In this document: piece after piece, positions 48,331 through 58,979 of the stretch
Numbering within the stretch: position 1 is the stretch's first letter
Layout: each line of letters starts with the position of its first letter
Assembly (NCBI RefSeq): GCF_027921745.1
Contig: NC_079238.1
Coordinates: 3,534,001-3,598,000, forward strand
Direction of reading: 5' to 3'
Length of the DNA stretch: 64,000 nucleotides
Origin: Schizosaccharomyces osmophilus
Taxonomy: Eukaryota
Translations under genes and position numbers: made by a program
The notes under the pieces: model-generated
What the model saw: only the letters and a program-made list of their open reading frames with translations
The model's database searches: none
Told to the model about the DNA's origin: nothing

Positions 48331-48809
48331 TCCAAGTCATACATACAGTGATGTAAGGTATTGTCGAAGCTATATATATGCATGATGAATGCCACGAAAT
48401 ACCTACACAACTCAATCGAAAAGACTATTATTTATCGGGAGAATTTTGGGTTTTTGACTGCTAATACGAAAAAGCAAAGACTCTTTGGTTCCCTCATTGT
48501 TTGATTTCATTCATTAACGAGATCCCTGTTTCCTATTTACCCTTCTACTTATTCCACATAAGGAATTCTACATTAACTTCGTTTATTCCATTGATTCACA
48601 AGTGCTGTGTAGTAATTCTTTTCCATTACAATTTCATCTAATACGATATCGTTTTCATCGAGTTTGATATACAGACTTTTATTTATTTATATATAAACTA
48701 CGGAGTTTCTTGTGATTGTACAAAAAACTTTTTAGTTATTCTAGCTACTATTATTTTTGACGACTGATTTTACACGTTTTTGTTTCCCAACAATTTTTGA
48801 TTGTCGATC

Positions 48810-51320
48810 ATGGACGCCCTGAAGAACGCTGGAAAAGTAAACAACGCCAAGGAAGAAGCCAAAAATGTTAGCCAAAAGCCCGGTCAGGCCGCTAAAGGCA
48901 ATGTCGAAGATGTAAAATCCGGCGCTAACAAGAATGTACAGGACCTCAAGAATAATCCCCAAAACGCCGCCAGCAAGGCCAAGGGAGAATATGCCAAGCA
49001 TTCCGCCAAAAACAACTTGAACCAACACATGCCTGGTGGCTTCAACAAGAACGACGAAGATGCCGCTGGTAAAGGCGCCTCTAATGTAGGCGGTCAATCC
49101 GACTCCCCTGACAAGGGTGCCTCTAATGTGGGTGGTCAACCAAGCTCCCCTAGCAGAGGTAGAGAAGTGCAAGGCGCTGAGGGTCTCGGTGCTGGAACTG
49201 GAGCTGGAGCTGGTGCTGGTGCTGGTGCTGGTGCTGGTACTTATGGCGGCCCTCAACGTTCTGCTACCCAACGCGAAACTGGTCATGGATATCCAAGCGT
49301 TCATCGCGAACAGAGCACAAAGTCTAGCCACGGTGGCTATGAAGGATCCCGTTCCGTCTCTGCTAACGGCGGTGACCCACAATTCACCAATGTGAAGATT
49401 ACTGCTACCCAAAACAACATTGATGCCCTTACTGGTGCTCCCGTTCGCATTGTCACTACCACCAATGCCCGTATCCAACCCGACGACAAGTCTCTTCACG
49501 AATTGCTTGAACAAAGACAACGTGCCTTGCGTGAGGCCCGTGAAGCTGAAGAAGAACTTCGTCGTGCCCGCCATTTTAATAACCGTTCTAGTTCCGAGGC
49601 TGCTGGTCTCGAATCCCGTGCCAGACAACGCGCTGAAGCTGCTGAGATCGCTTCTCAACGCGCTCGTGATGCCCAAGCCAACATCGAACGCTCTGCTAGT
49701 CTCAGAGAAAGACAAGCTAAAGAAGAGGCTGACCATGCTCACGCTGTCTTGCGTGAAGCCGAGTTGAAGCACCGTCTTGCTCAAAGAGGTGCCAACCGTG
49801 ATGTTGCCAGATCAAGATTGGAAGTTGCTCTCAGAAATCAGGAGTTGTTGCAAGCTGACAGAGAGAGAAAGGTATCACACCAAAGAGCTATTATTGATAG
49901 CTGCAAGGACGACTTGGATCGCGCCAATCATGACGCTGCTCTTGCCGAAGCTCAGAACAGAAAAATCCAATATGAATTCAGTGCTTTGCTTGCTGAATTG
50001 GAGGAACGCAATGATACCACGCTTCGTACTGCTTCTATCCGTGAGGCTGAAGCCAGAAACTTGGAAGTCCACATGGATGATACTTTGAAGGATGCCAGAA
50101 TGAGAAGCAGAAATGCTACTGAGCAAGTTGACCGCCTCCGTAGTGAAAACAAGGCTAAGTACGCTGAAATTGATACTGGTGTCAACCAAGCTCGCAATGC
50201 TTATGCTCAATATGAGCAAAACATTCCAACCAGACGCCAACAATACGGATCCGAGCTTGACGATGCAGCTGAGGCCTTGAAAGCTGCTCAAGCACGCTTC
50301 GATGCTGCCAAGAGAAGGGTTGACCAATTTGAATCTGAATCTCGTCAACAATTGTCACTTCTCCAAAACAGAATCCGTGATTCTGAAGATGCCGCCAACC
50401 AATTCCGTATTCAAGCCGACAAGAGAGACAAGGAGATTCAATACAGTGTCACTCAAGCTTATGACGCGGTCAAGGCAGCTGAAAAGCGTAATGAAAAGAT
50501 TGCCGAAGCTGCTAGAGCTAAAGAATTGGAAGCTAAGGAATTGTATGCTACTGCTCAAAGCATCACTCAAGGATTAGAAACCAAGCGTGCTCACCCTCCA
50601 TCTCCTGTGAGAGGTAACTTCCAAGCTGAAATTGAACGTGCTCAGCAACGCTACAATATTGAACAATCCAAATTGAGTGAATTGGATACTCGTGAACCTT
50701 CCGACTATGCAAGCGATGTTGAAGCTGCTAGGAATGCATTGAGAGAAGCCGAAAACGCTTATGTAAGTGTTGAACGTGAATACACCAGCGTTAAAGGTAG
50801 CAACGAGAATTTTAAACCCACTAGCTATACTACTGAGCCTAGTAGTAGCGGCAGCTATGAACATCAGAAACCGGAGGAGACTAGTACTACAAACCGTGGT
50901 GCTTCTCAAGCATATCACTACCCAGCAACTACTAATGCTCCCACTACTACTTCTAAGAGTGCTGGTCCTGCTTATGTAGATGCTCCTCATCCCGGCACTG
51001 GTCCATCAGGATCCCACGCTGGTGCTGCTGGAGCCGGTATCTCAACCGTTCCTGGTACTGCTCTTGGTGCAGATAATGTCAGCGGTACTTACGGCGGTGG
51101 TGGTAATCTAGGTGGCAGCGGTGCCAAGGGAACCCAGAATAAGGGTAGCGGCAACGGTCTCAAGGATGACCTTAGCGACTCCGATTCCGAGTCTAGGGAC
51201 ATCTCAAGGAAGAAGAGTGGAAAGTCTGCAAAATCCGACCGTAGAGGCAGCGCCAGCAGTACAACTAGCCGCGGCGGATTGATGTCTAATGTCAAGCACG
51301 CATTGGGCATGGATAAGTAA
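48810..51320 (+). CDS. lsd90: Lsd90-like hydrophilic coiled-coil protein
   Basis: 836 aa from ATG 48810 with strong high-expression codon bias. Long A/E/R-rich coiled coil, duplicated KGASNVGGQ and a (GA)n tract. The name comes from composition and recalled synteny. Confidence 0.78.
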   Translation: MDALKNAGKVNNAKEEAKNVSQKPGQAAKGNVEDVKSGANKNVQDLKNNPQNAASKAKGEYAKHSAKNNLNQHMPGGFNKNDEDAAGKGASNVGGQSDSPDKGASNVGGQPSSPSRGREVQGAEGLGAGTGAGAGAGAGAGAGTYGGPQRSATQRETGHGYPSVHREQSTKSSHGGYEGSRSVSANGGDPQFTNVKITATQNNIDALTGAPVRIVTTTNARIQPDDKSLHELLEQRQRALREAREAEEELRRARHFNNRSSSEAAGLESRARQRAEAAEIASQRARDAQANIERSASLRERQAKEEADHAHAVLREAELKHRLAQRGANRDVARSRLEVALRNQELLQADRERKVSHQRAIIDSCKDDLDRANHDAALAEAQNRKIQYEFSALLAELEERNDTTLRTASIREAEARNLEVHMDDTLKDARMRSRNATEQVDRLRSENKAKYAEIDTGVNQARNAYAQYEQNIPTRRQQYGSELDDAAEALKAAQARFDAAKRRVDQFESESRQQLSLLQNRIRDSEDAANQFRIQADKRDKEIQYSVTQAYDAVKAAEKRNEKIAEAARAKELEAKELYATAQSITQGLETKRAHPPSPVRGNFQAEIERAQQRYNIEQSKLSELDTREPSDYASDVEAARNALREAENAYVSVEREYTSVKGSNENFKPTSYTTEPSSSGSYEHQKPEETSTTNRGASQAYHYPATTNAPTTTSKSAGPAYVDAPHPGTGPSGSHAGAAGAGISTVPGTALGADNVSGTYGGGGNLGGSGAKGTQNKGSGNGLKDDLSDSDSESRDISRKKSGKSAKSDRRGSASSTTSRGGLMSNVKHALGMDK

Positions 51321-51647
51321 GCTGATGTTTATGCTTTAAAAGTTTATTATGAGATCCATGAAGTACCTATATAGGTTTTTATAATTATTTATATGTTTTT
51401 GTGTATATATTAAGTCACTGGCTAGGTAAATTGTAAATGAAAGTTTGCGGTTTATTTGTTTTAATAATTAATCAGAATGACTGTAAAGTAAAAGTATTTC
51501 TTGATTCGTAGTACTTCAAAACAATATATATATAAAAAGAATAAAACATTTAAACATTTGACAGCATTTACATTAGGACTGAATCGTCGATCAAGTAGAA
51601 GCTATTTATCATAATAGGAAGGAAATTTTTGTTAAACTATTAGCTAT

Positions 51648-52099
51648 TCATTGCTTCTGGTCTTCTCCTATGGTTGAAGGATTCGACGTAGGATTTGTAG
51701 CAGATGGCGACGCCAATGGTGATGAGCTGAAAGAAGTCCTCATAGAATCCTCCAAGCTGTCAAGTCGGTTGGTCATTGCTTCCACTAAATGCATGGAATA
51801 TTAGCAGAATTTCTCCAATGAAATGAAAAAGAGGTGAATTGCTTACGCTTTTCGACAAACTGTTTTCGCAAGTTTTCAAATTCATTGGACTAGCAATTGT
51901 TAGAAAAGTTTAAAATTTGAAAAATGCTATATATGACCAGTTCATACAACATCGTCCAACAACTTGTTTGTCTACATTGAGTTAGCAACACAATTCATGG
52001 GGACAGGTACAAAAAAGTTGGATTTACCATTGCATTGATCCCGGAACCGGTTTCTGTAGACTCTAAAGGTTCCTGTTTTCCAATTTCTGTTTTACTCAT
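51648..52099 (-). CDS. Heat shock factor binding protein 1 (HSBP1 family), 91 aa, four exons
   Basis: Exons 52099-52028, 51971-51948, 51889-51847 and 51784-51648, all with canonical donors, CTAAY branch sites and TAG acceptors. Product ...AMTNKLLDDVSNEFENLRKQFVEKLEAMTNRLDSLEDSM... It is absent from the ORF track. Confidence 0.88.
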
Positions 52100-52623
52100 T
52101 CTTTGCGACCTATATATAACACGGCCCCAGAGGAGAAGACTTTCAATAAAGAGGTATCTTATAATAAACAATCAAATTCTGGAAATACAAAACAAGAAAA
52201 GGCGTCCTTTTACGGAATTTCTAGGTAACCTCAACAATCCACTAGCTAGTTCGTTCTTTTCAAGCGGCCTTCTTACGAAAGTGCGATACAATGAAAGTAA
52301 TGGAATTTTCAGCACGAAAAATTTGTAACCTTTTATTTTCAAGTAAATGAAACAATAAGATTATTTACGAAACCTTATAATGCCGATGTTTGTCTATCCA
52401 TCCTTTCGTTTAAACTGCATGCTGCACACTCTTGCTTAAACGACTTTTTTAACACCAACCTCATCCACAATTATAACCGTGTATGTTTGGCTTTAAATTT
52501 ATGAAAGACCTCTATTTCATTTGAAAATAAGGAAGAAAGGTATAAATTTAAGAGCACTCCTGCGTCATTTATGGAATAGCAAAATTCTGGGTCACCTAGT
52601 TTTATTCTCATACCCAATTGACT

Positions 52624-53802
52624 ATGCAGAGCCCACCAAAGAGTCCAAAACAATCGTTTACTTCTATAAAATTTCAAGAACCAAACCGAGAAAATTCCAA
52701 CTCTAATGGTTTTGGGGAATCGTCAAAACCAAATTCACAGACAAGTGTGAATAAGCTGCTCAATGTTGATACACGGCCAAGTCACCGAAAAGGGCATCAC
52801 CATAGACATTCCTTATCCCATCAATACTTCCTACCTCCTAAGAATCGAAAGCCCTTAAGCTTCCCTGCCACTTATCCGATCCCTACACTTACAGAAACGT
52901 TTTCAATCCTTACATGGAGACAAAAGCTGAAAATAAGTAGCTCTTTATTATTTTTCTTTGTTTCGGTTTTTGTCTTTCTATCTGGAGATGCTACCGTGTT
53001 GCTTTCACTGTCATGTTCACTTATAGTAGAAGGGGTTTTGATTACATTAAACGTTTGGCGAGAGACCCTGGATTGTTTTGTAGTTTGGCGTAGAACATCA
53101 CTTCGCTATCCTTTTGGTTTGCAGCAAGTAGAACTGTTAGCTGATTTTGCTTTTTGTATCTTATTATTATTTCTTGGACTAAATCTCTTGAAAGAGCCAG
53201 CGGAACATGCTATCGAAGACTGGGGAAATATTCAACATTTAGAACACGCTGGAGTTGAAGGTGCTCATATTCAATCTACCTTTTCTATCTCAGTGGCTTT
53301 ACTTCTTTCGGGAGCTGCACTACTGTTCGACCGCTCTCACATACATAGTCAACGTTTGGATTCACGTTTCTTTCATGGCTTGACATTTGTTCCCTCTTCT
53401 ATCCTTGTTGTCCTCCAAAGTGTTGGCGTTCAAGTTGGCTCCCTACTTAGTCATATTTTTGCCATAAGCATTGCAGTCACCGCTGTAATTGCTGGTTTCT
53501 CCATCGCGAAATCTTTAGCCATGCTTCTTTTGTTGACGTATTCAAACAAAGATAAAGTTTTCCAGTGTATATCTCTCATTAAAGAAGACAGTCGAATAGA
53601 GCAACTTAATTCCGCTACCATTTGGCAGCCTCATTACAATACGTGCATTGCTAATATAAGCATAACGGTTCGAGGAAGTGAGCGTGAACAGATATCTATA
53701 CGTGAAGATGTTACAAAAATCATTCAAAAGACTGTCGGAAGTATATTTGGTACTGGTGTCCAACCGAAATGGGAAATTACTATTGATATTCAAAGGATTT
53801 AA
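52624..53802 (+). CDS. zrg17: Cation diffusion facilitator family zinc transporter subunit Zrg17
   Basis: His-rich HRKGHHHRHSLSHQYF, multiple TM helices, SLRYPFGLQQVELLADF and C-terminal WEITIDI. ATG at 52624. Confidence 0.87.
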   Translation: MQSPPKSPKQSFTSIKFQEPNRENSNSNGFGESSKPNSQTSVNKLLNVDTRPSHRKGHHHRHSLSHQYFLPPKNRKPLSFPATYPIPTLTETFSILTWRQKLKISSSLLFFFVSVFVFLSGDATVLLSLSCSLIVEGVLITLNVWRETLDCFVVWRRTSLRYPFGLQQVELLADFAFCILLLFLGLNLLKEPAEHAIEDWGNIQHLEHAGVEGAHIQSTFSISVALLLSGAALLFDRSHIHSQRLDSRFFHGLTFVPSSILVVLQSVGVQVGSLLSHIFAISIAVTAVIAGFSIAKSLAMLLLLTYSNKDKVFQCISLIKEDSRIEQLNSATIWQPHYNTCIANISITVRGSEREQISIREDVTKIIQKTVGSIFGTGVQPKWEITIDIQRI

Positions 53803-54237
53803 TTCGACCTTTTTCTAGGTTAATAATGTTTACTTTGCCATTCAATATTACTCATTCGTTCATGTTTATTAATAACTATTTAAAATGGTGGCTATATGCG
53901 TATCTTTCTATTGTTGTCTAATCTTCTGACTACACTCCAGTTTCTGAAAAGAATATAAATATATAATAAAATAAATAAACAAAAAGCTACATTATTGATA
54001 TCTAAGCAAAATAACGTTGTGAAATTGTTAACTCTATATGTAAAGCAAATATAAAGAATCATGAAATTCAATTGAATGAAATACGACGTAAAGGTATTTT
54101 CCAACTAAAATAAAACGTAAACATAATTAGAAAGACCTCTAATTACGGCACATGCAAACTGCTGACAATAAATTATTTGTGAGTTAGCATGAAAATTTAA
54201 TTAAAGGTCATATAGAACATTAGCGTTGCTAATCCAG

Positions 54238-55653
54238 TTAAGCGTTATCATTCCATTGCGAAAGCACGTTCCAGTCATCAGCAAGTCCAAAGTCTTTTGC
54301 ATTTATTTCATCAGCGGCTCCAAAATCGTCATGACTGCCAATGCTAAGATTGTCTTCTTCTTCTTCATCCATATCACACCAACTACGTCCAAACTTCAAA
54401 TGATCTTTGTTGCCCTTGATGCTGTTAGGAAAGACGATGGCTGGCGCACTGCACGAGTAGGGAGATCGCTTGGTGTTGACAGGCATAGGAGTAGGCTTAC
54501 TAATATGCATATTTTTCAAGCTTTCGCCGAGCCCAGAGTCATATGAGCGATCGCTGGTGTTAACAGCAGCTGGAGAAATAGGAGACTGGGGGGAAGATAC
54601 AACAGACACATTCTCATCTAAGTCAGAGAGGGGTTGAAGTTTCGAAGGAAGCAATCCACGTTGCATCGTAGCAGCGGGCGTTAGTAAAGAAGGTGTTCGT
54701 AAAGGTTCTCTATCGGATTGTGTACAACGAATGATATTTTCATCAAACAGAAAGTTCGAAGGGCAAAAATCTTCGTCCTCGTTCACAATAGTTTCTAATT
54801 CTTCACCATCCGTCGTCCAATTGTTGACAGCTATTACAGCTTCCCTGGTCTTTTCCAAAGAACGTTTCTCAGGTGTAACGCATAGGCAAGCTCTCAAGAC
54901 TTCGTATGTATCCTGACTGAGAGTAGGGAATACATCAAACAAAGTCATGGGATCAAGTACGTAATCCGCGAAAATAGGATCCCGTTCATTTGGATAAGCA
55001 AAAGGGTTGCGGGCAAAAATAAGATTCAGGAGGCAAATTCCAATGGCCCAGATATCAGCGGCACGGGGACTGTACCCCATATCGTCGACCTCTTCGAATT
55101 GTTCTGGGGCCATATAACGGTCACTCCCGGTGCCATATTCATGAGAAGTGGTATCTCTGCAAGCAAGACCAAAATCACTGATTTTCACAACAAGATCATT
55201 GCCGTCATCAGACAGAGATAATAGAAAGTTTTCTGGTTTCAAATCTCGATGATAAATACCAAGAGAATGCATATGGGAAACACCATCAACGACTTGGAGA
55301 AAAATATCTTTGATCATTTCCGGTTGATTCTTAGCATTTGGGAAGTCGTCATTCAAAATACACTCGTACAAATCACCAAATGGGCAGTACTCAAGCACAA
55401 CGTAGTAATATACATGGTCTTCAAAAGACTCGACAAAGTGAATAATGTTACGATGACGGTAACGAGAGAGTTCCCGAAGGATATTCACTTCATCCAGAAA
55501 AATTGGGGAAGGCTTTTTGATACACTTTATTGCATATTTGCTATCTTTGTACCGAGTAGTACGAAATAAGCGATGCGCCAGGACAACAGTGCCATAGGAC
55601 CCCTTGTTCAAGGGACGTTCCACTTTATAACCTTTCTTTTGCAGAATTTTCAT
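54238..55653 (-). CDS. ksp1: Ser/Thr protein kinase, Ksp1/Ran1-related family
   Basis: Kinase motifs KGSYG, AIK, HRDLKPENFL, DFGLA and GSDRYMAPE; acidic C-terminal tail with FGRSWCDMDEE. Confidence 0.85.
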   Translation of the reverse strand: MKILQKKGYKVERPLNKGSYGTVVLAHRLFRTTRYKDSKYAIKCIKKPSPIFLDEVNILRELSRYRHRNIIHFVESFEDHVYYYVVLEYCPFGDLYECILNDDFPNAKNQPEMIKDIFLQVVDGVSHMHSLGIYHRDLKPENFLLSLSDDGNDLVVKISDFGLACRDTTSHEYGTGSDRYMAPEQFEEVDDMGYSPRAADIWAIGICLLNLIFARNPFAYPNERDPIFADYVLDPMTLFDVFPTLSQDTYEVLRACLCVTPEKRSLEKTREAVIAVNNWTTDGEELETIVNEDEDFCPSNFLFDENIIRCTQSDREPLRTPSLLTPAATMQRGLLPSKLQPLSDLDENVSVVSSPQSPISPAAVNTSDRSYDSGLGESLKNMHISKPTPMPVNTKRSPYSCSAPAIVFPNSIKGNKDHLKFGRSWCDMDEEEEDNLSIGSHDDFGAADEINAKDFGLADDWNVLSQWNDNA

Positions 55654-56946
55654 CGTCAGTAAAACAGATTCCGAGTTTCTCTTTCTTTAACAGATCAATA
55701 ACGATAGGGAGATATATAATCGATGCGACAGAGTGTGGCACAACAGTCAATTCTTTATTTTGAATCTTCTTTTTTTACCAAAAGGGTTTCTTTTGCAAAG
55801 ATTGATATCGATCACAAACAAAAGAAAAAAAGAAAATGTCCAAAGAGAACTAGACAATCAGCAAAACACTCAGTGATCACGAACTGTCACCACCCGTACG
55901 CTAAAGTTTCAAAGATAAAAAAAGGATGTTCTAGCAGAAAAATTTGAATCTTCCTGAGAACGTGAGAGTCGGACCTGGTAGTCTGAAGAGATGGCGGGTA
56001 TGAAAACAGCGGTTTCGCGTTGAGAAGTCAAAAGCAATGTTTCGTCTCAAATATCAATAAAATCTTATGATATTAGCGTTAGACAAATCTTCTCATGATG
56101 ATGCGACAATGGATAAATAAACAGAACCTGCTTTGGCTGTTGTTGGTGGAAGACAAGATTCTACTAGAAGGGTCCGGTATTCAACTAGTAATCTGCGCCC
56201 GGCTGCGCTACCTTACATAACGTAAACAAGGATACTACCATTGTAAACAAATCTTATCGGTAATACACAAATGGTAATTGCTTTAAAGTGGACAACAAAC
56301 AAAAAAAATTGCATTAAAATTTATCAAAGATAAAGTCAAATTTTGATTATAAACAAGTATAAACGGTTTCAAGGTACCTTTTCCAAAGATCGACGATTTC
56401 GTCTATCTTACGTATTCTTTGTTAATTTACTGTTGCCTGCTTCCTGTCGCTGCGTTTTTCAGTATTAATACTTACGGGAAGTGAAACAGTGAATAGTTTG
56501 TTTCAATGGGGTATTGTAGACATGTTTTTGAGTTTAGTTTCCTACCGTTCATTCTTTTGTACGCCCCGATAATGAGCAGAACATCGTACTACAGAGCCTT
56601 TATAGCGATAATGATAATTTCTCTCTCCTTTTGGCAATTGAAGATATGAAAGGTAAAGGGTATGAAAAACTCAATAGGTATGAAGAAGAAAAGAAGTTGG
56701 TCCTTCTTTTTCGTAGGGTACGCTTCTTCAACCTTTCTCTCCCGGTACATTTTAAACTTAGGATAGCATCAATGAATAGAACCTACCGAATTCATCCTTG
56801 CCTTCCGAACAGAGCAATAAAGTCAAACCTCTCATGAAAGCGATAAAGGCGGCAGAAGTTCTTCAAATGTTAGGAAATGATAGAGATCATTTTTTTTATT
56901 GTGAAAAGTCGTATAATAAAGAAGAAATGATAGCAATATACAAGAA

Positions 56947-57018
56947 TCCGTTGTGGTCCAACGGCTAGGATTCGTCGCTTTCACCGACGCGGCCGGGGTT
57001 CGACTCCCCGCAACGGAA
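56947..57018 (+). tRNA. tRNA-Glu (anticodon TTC)
   Basis: Acceptor stem TCCGTTG/CAACGGA, anticodon arm CGTCG-CTTTCAC-CGACG, T arm CGGGG-TTCGACT-CCCCG; 72 nt; followed by a T6 Pol III terminator at 57022-57027. Confidence 0.97.
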
Positions 57019-57812
57019 AACTTTTTTCTACCTTTCTACTTTGTTATTTTTTGGATTCTTCTCCTCGGAGGATAAAGGTAAAAAAAAAAAATTTTACAAA
57101 TAAAAAGTAAACAATAATTTGCGAAGAAACATGGGCTTGATGAGTAGGAAGCGTTGCTAGACTTTCATTTCACCAGAGCGTTCATAAAAGTACGAAAGGT
57201 TCAAGAGTATTCAGGCGATGAAAGGAAACTACTTTTCTCATATTTTCTAAAAATCTGTAGCAACCGTTTATGATTGATAAGTATTTTTGCTTTTCCTATA
57301 CCAGAACTACTTTGATTCTAGCGAGAAGCTAATGGTTATGGAAATTGAGTCATCCTTTCAAGTTTATGTGTACCCTCTTTTGTTAGATAAATTTACATGT
57401 ACTTATCTTTTGAAATTACTAGTAGGACTATATTTTAGAATTGTTTATTCAATGCCATCCTGAAGCATTTGTTCTTTCAATACAACTTCTCATGCTGAAT
57501 GCTGATGTATGCCTTGGAGATCACAGATTGACTTTTTTTTCCACGAGCTAGATTCAACTGGCATTGGCAGGTTCGCATCAACAAGAGATTGTATCGTTTC
57601 TATTCTAAAAATCCCGTGAAATAATAAACCAGAGTAGAATAATTTTATTGGCAGATAAAAAATAAGAATTCATAGCTTGTAAGCGGAGTTTCTTTGGTTT
57701 TCATTTTTGCGAGCGAGAAGGCCACGCGAAGCAACGAAAAAAATAAAAGAAAGAAAGATTTACAAAAAAAGAGGAATAAACACTTAATTTGGATTGACTA
57801 CAAACGACTTCA

Positions 57813-58720
57813 ATGACAGACTCTTTGGTACATGCTTTGGCTTCAGATACACAAATTTTGGCTTTCCAATCTTTTGAACATGCCGAAGAACTTTGTCTTC
57901 TTGGTGCTGAATGGATACAAAAAGCAGGCATATTATTACAGATGTAAGTAAGCGAAATAAGTGCGATAGATCGTATTCTCTCTCTCACATTGCTTCGGCA
58001 AGCTCAACTGAAGAGACAAACATAATTATATAGCTTGGCTTTTTTTAAGAGAGGTTTCTCTATAACATTTGCTAACCCAATTCGTTTAGAAGCCAAAGAT
58101 GCGTCTATACCTCCCTTGTCTTATTTCGTCGTTATTGTACATTATGTCCTCCTAGGGCTGTAGATTTAAACATTTGTGTGATGGCTTGTTTGTATTTAGG
58201 GTGTAAAGCAACCGAAACCGATGTTTCGTCCCAAGATCTGTGTAATATAGGAATCTATTTGAAGGAGCAATTCCTGAACCCAGAAATAGAGTATCAGATT
58301 CACGATTTGTTTAGCACTGAAATGTATACTACAAAAGGAAAAATCAATGATATGGAGTTGGAGATTCTACGAGTTATTGACTTTGACACCCATACTGTAA
58401 TACCTCACAAATTGGCCATTCATTATCTACAGACGTTGGGATTGATCCATGACGAACGCTTCACACAGTGTACGTGGAATCTTTTGAACGATTCTTTACA
58501 TACTTTACTCTGCGTTTCCGTTTTGCCTTTCGGAATAGCTGTCGGCTGTATCGCTCTAGCTAGCCGAGTTTTGAGTCGAAAATTACCTCAGGATTGGTAT
58601 CAGGTTTTTGATAGTTCGGAAGAAGACTTGGAGTTAACAAAAACATCCTTGGAGAGCTTTTATAAAACTTCGGATTCTTTGCATGACAAAACTAGACCCT
58701 TATTTACAGCATCTTCATAG
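57813..58720 (+). CDS. lcp1: Cyclin L family cyclin
   Basis: Exon 57813-57943, intron 57944-58089, exon 58090-58720. Motifs GAEWIQKAGILL, MACLYLGCKATE, MELEILRVIDFDTH..PHK and WNLLNDSL. Confidence 0.85.
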
Positions 58721-58979
58721 AAGGGACTATCCAAAACAACATTTTTATGAACGAAATGATAATAACTACGAAGACGGTATCTTGACGAGGGATCTATCAT
58801 TCTCAAGAAAAAAGGGAAAAACTAAAGTGTTCCCAGTAAGTAATATAGCAAGAAATGAACAGATAGCCATTTTCCTGCAATATCATGTCGACCGAAAAGG
58901 GTCTTTTTAGGCGTTAAACATGAAGGAGGAGTAAAAATTACATTAAAGTAATAAATCGAATTAACGTTTCGTTGACGGA

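Noticed and set aside
48741..49784. 347-aa antisense ORF opposite lsd90, and other antisense ORFs up to 51310
   Set aside because: Shadow of the strongly biased codon usage and repeats of lsd90; it has no recognisable domain.
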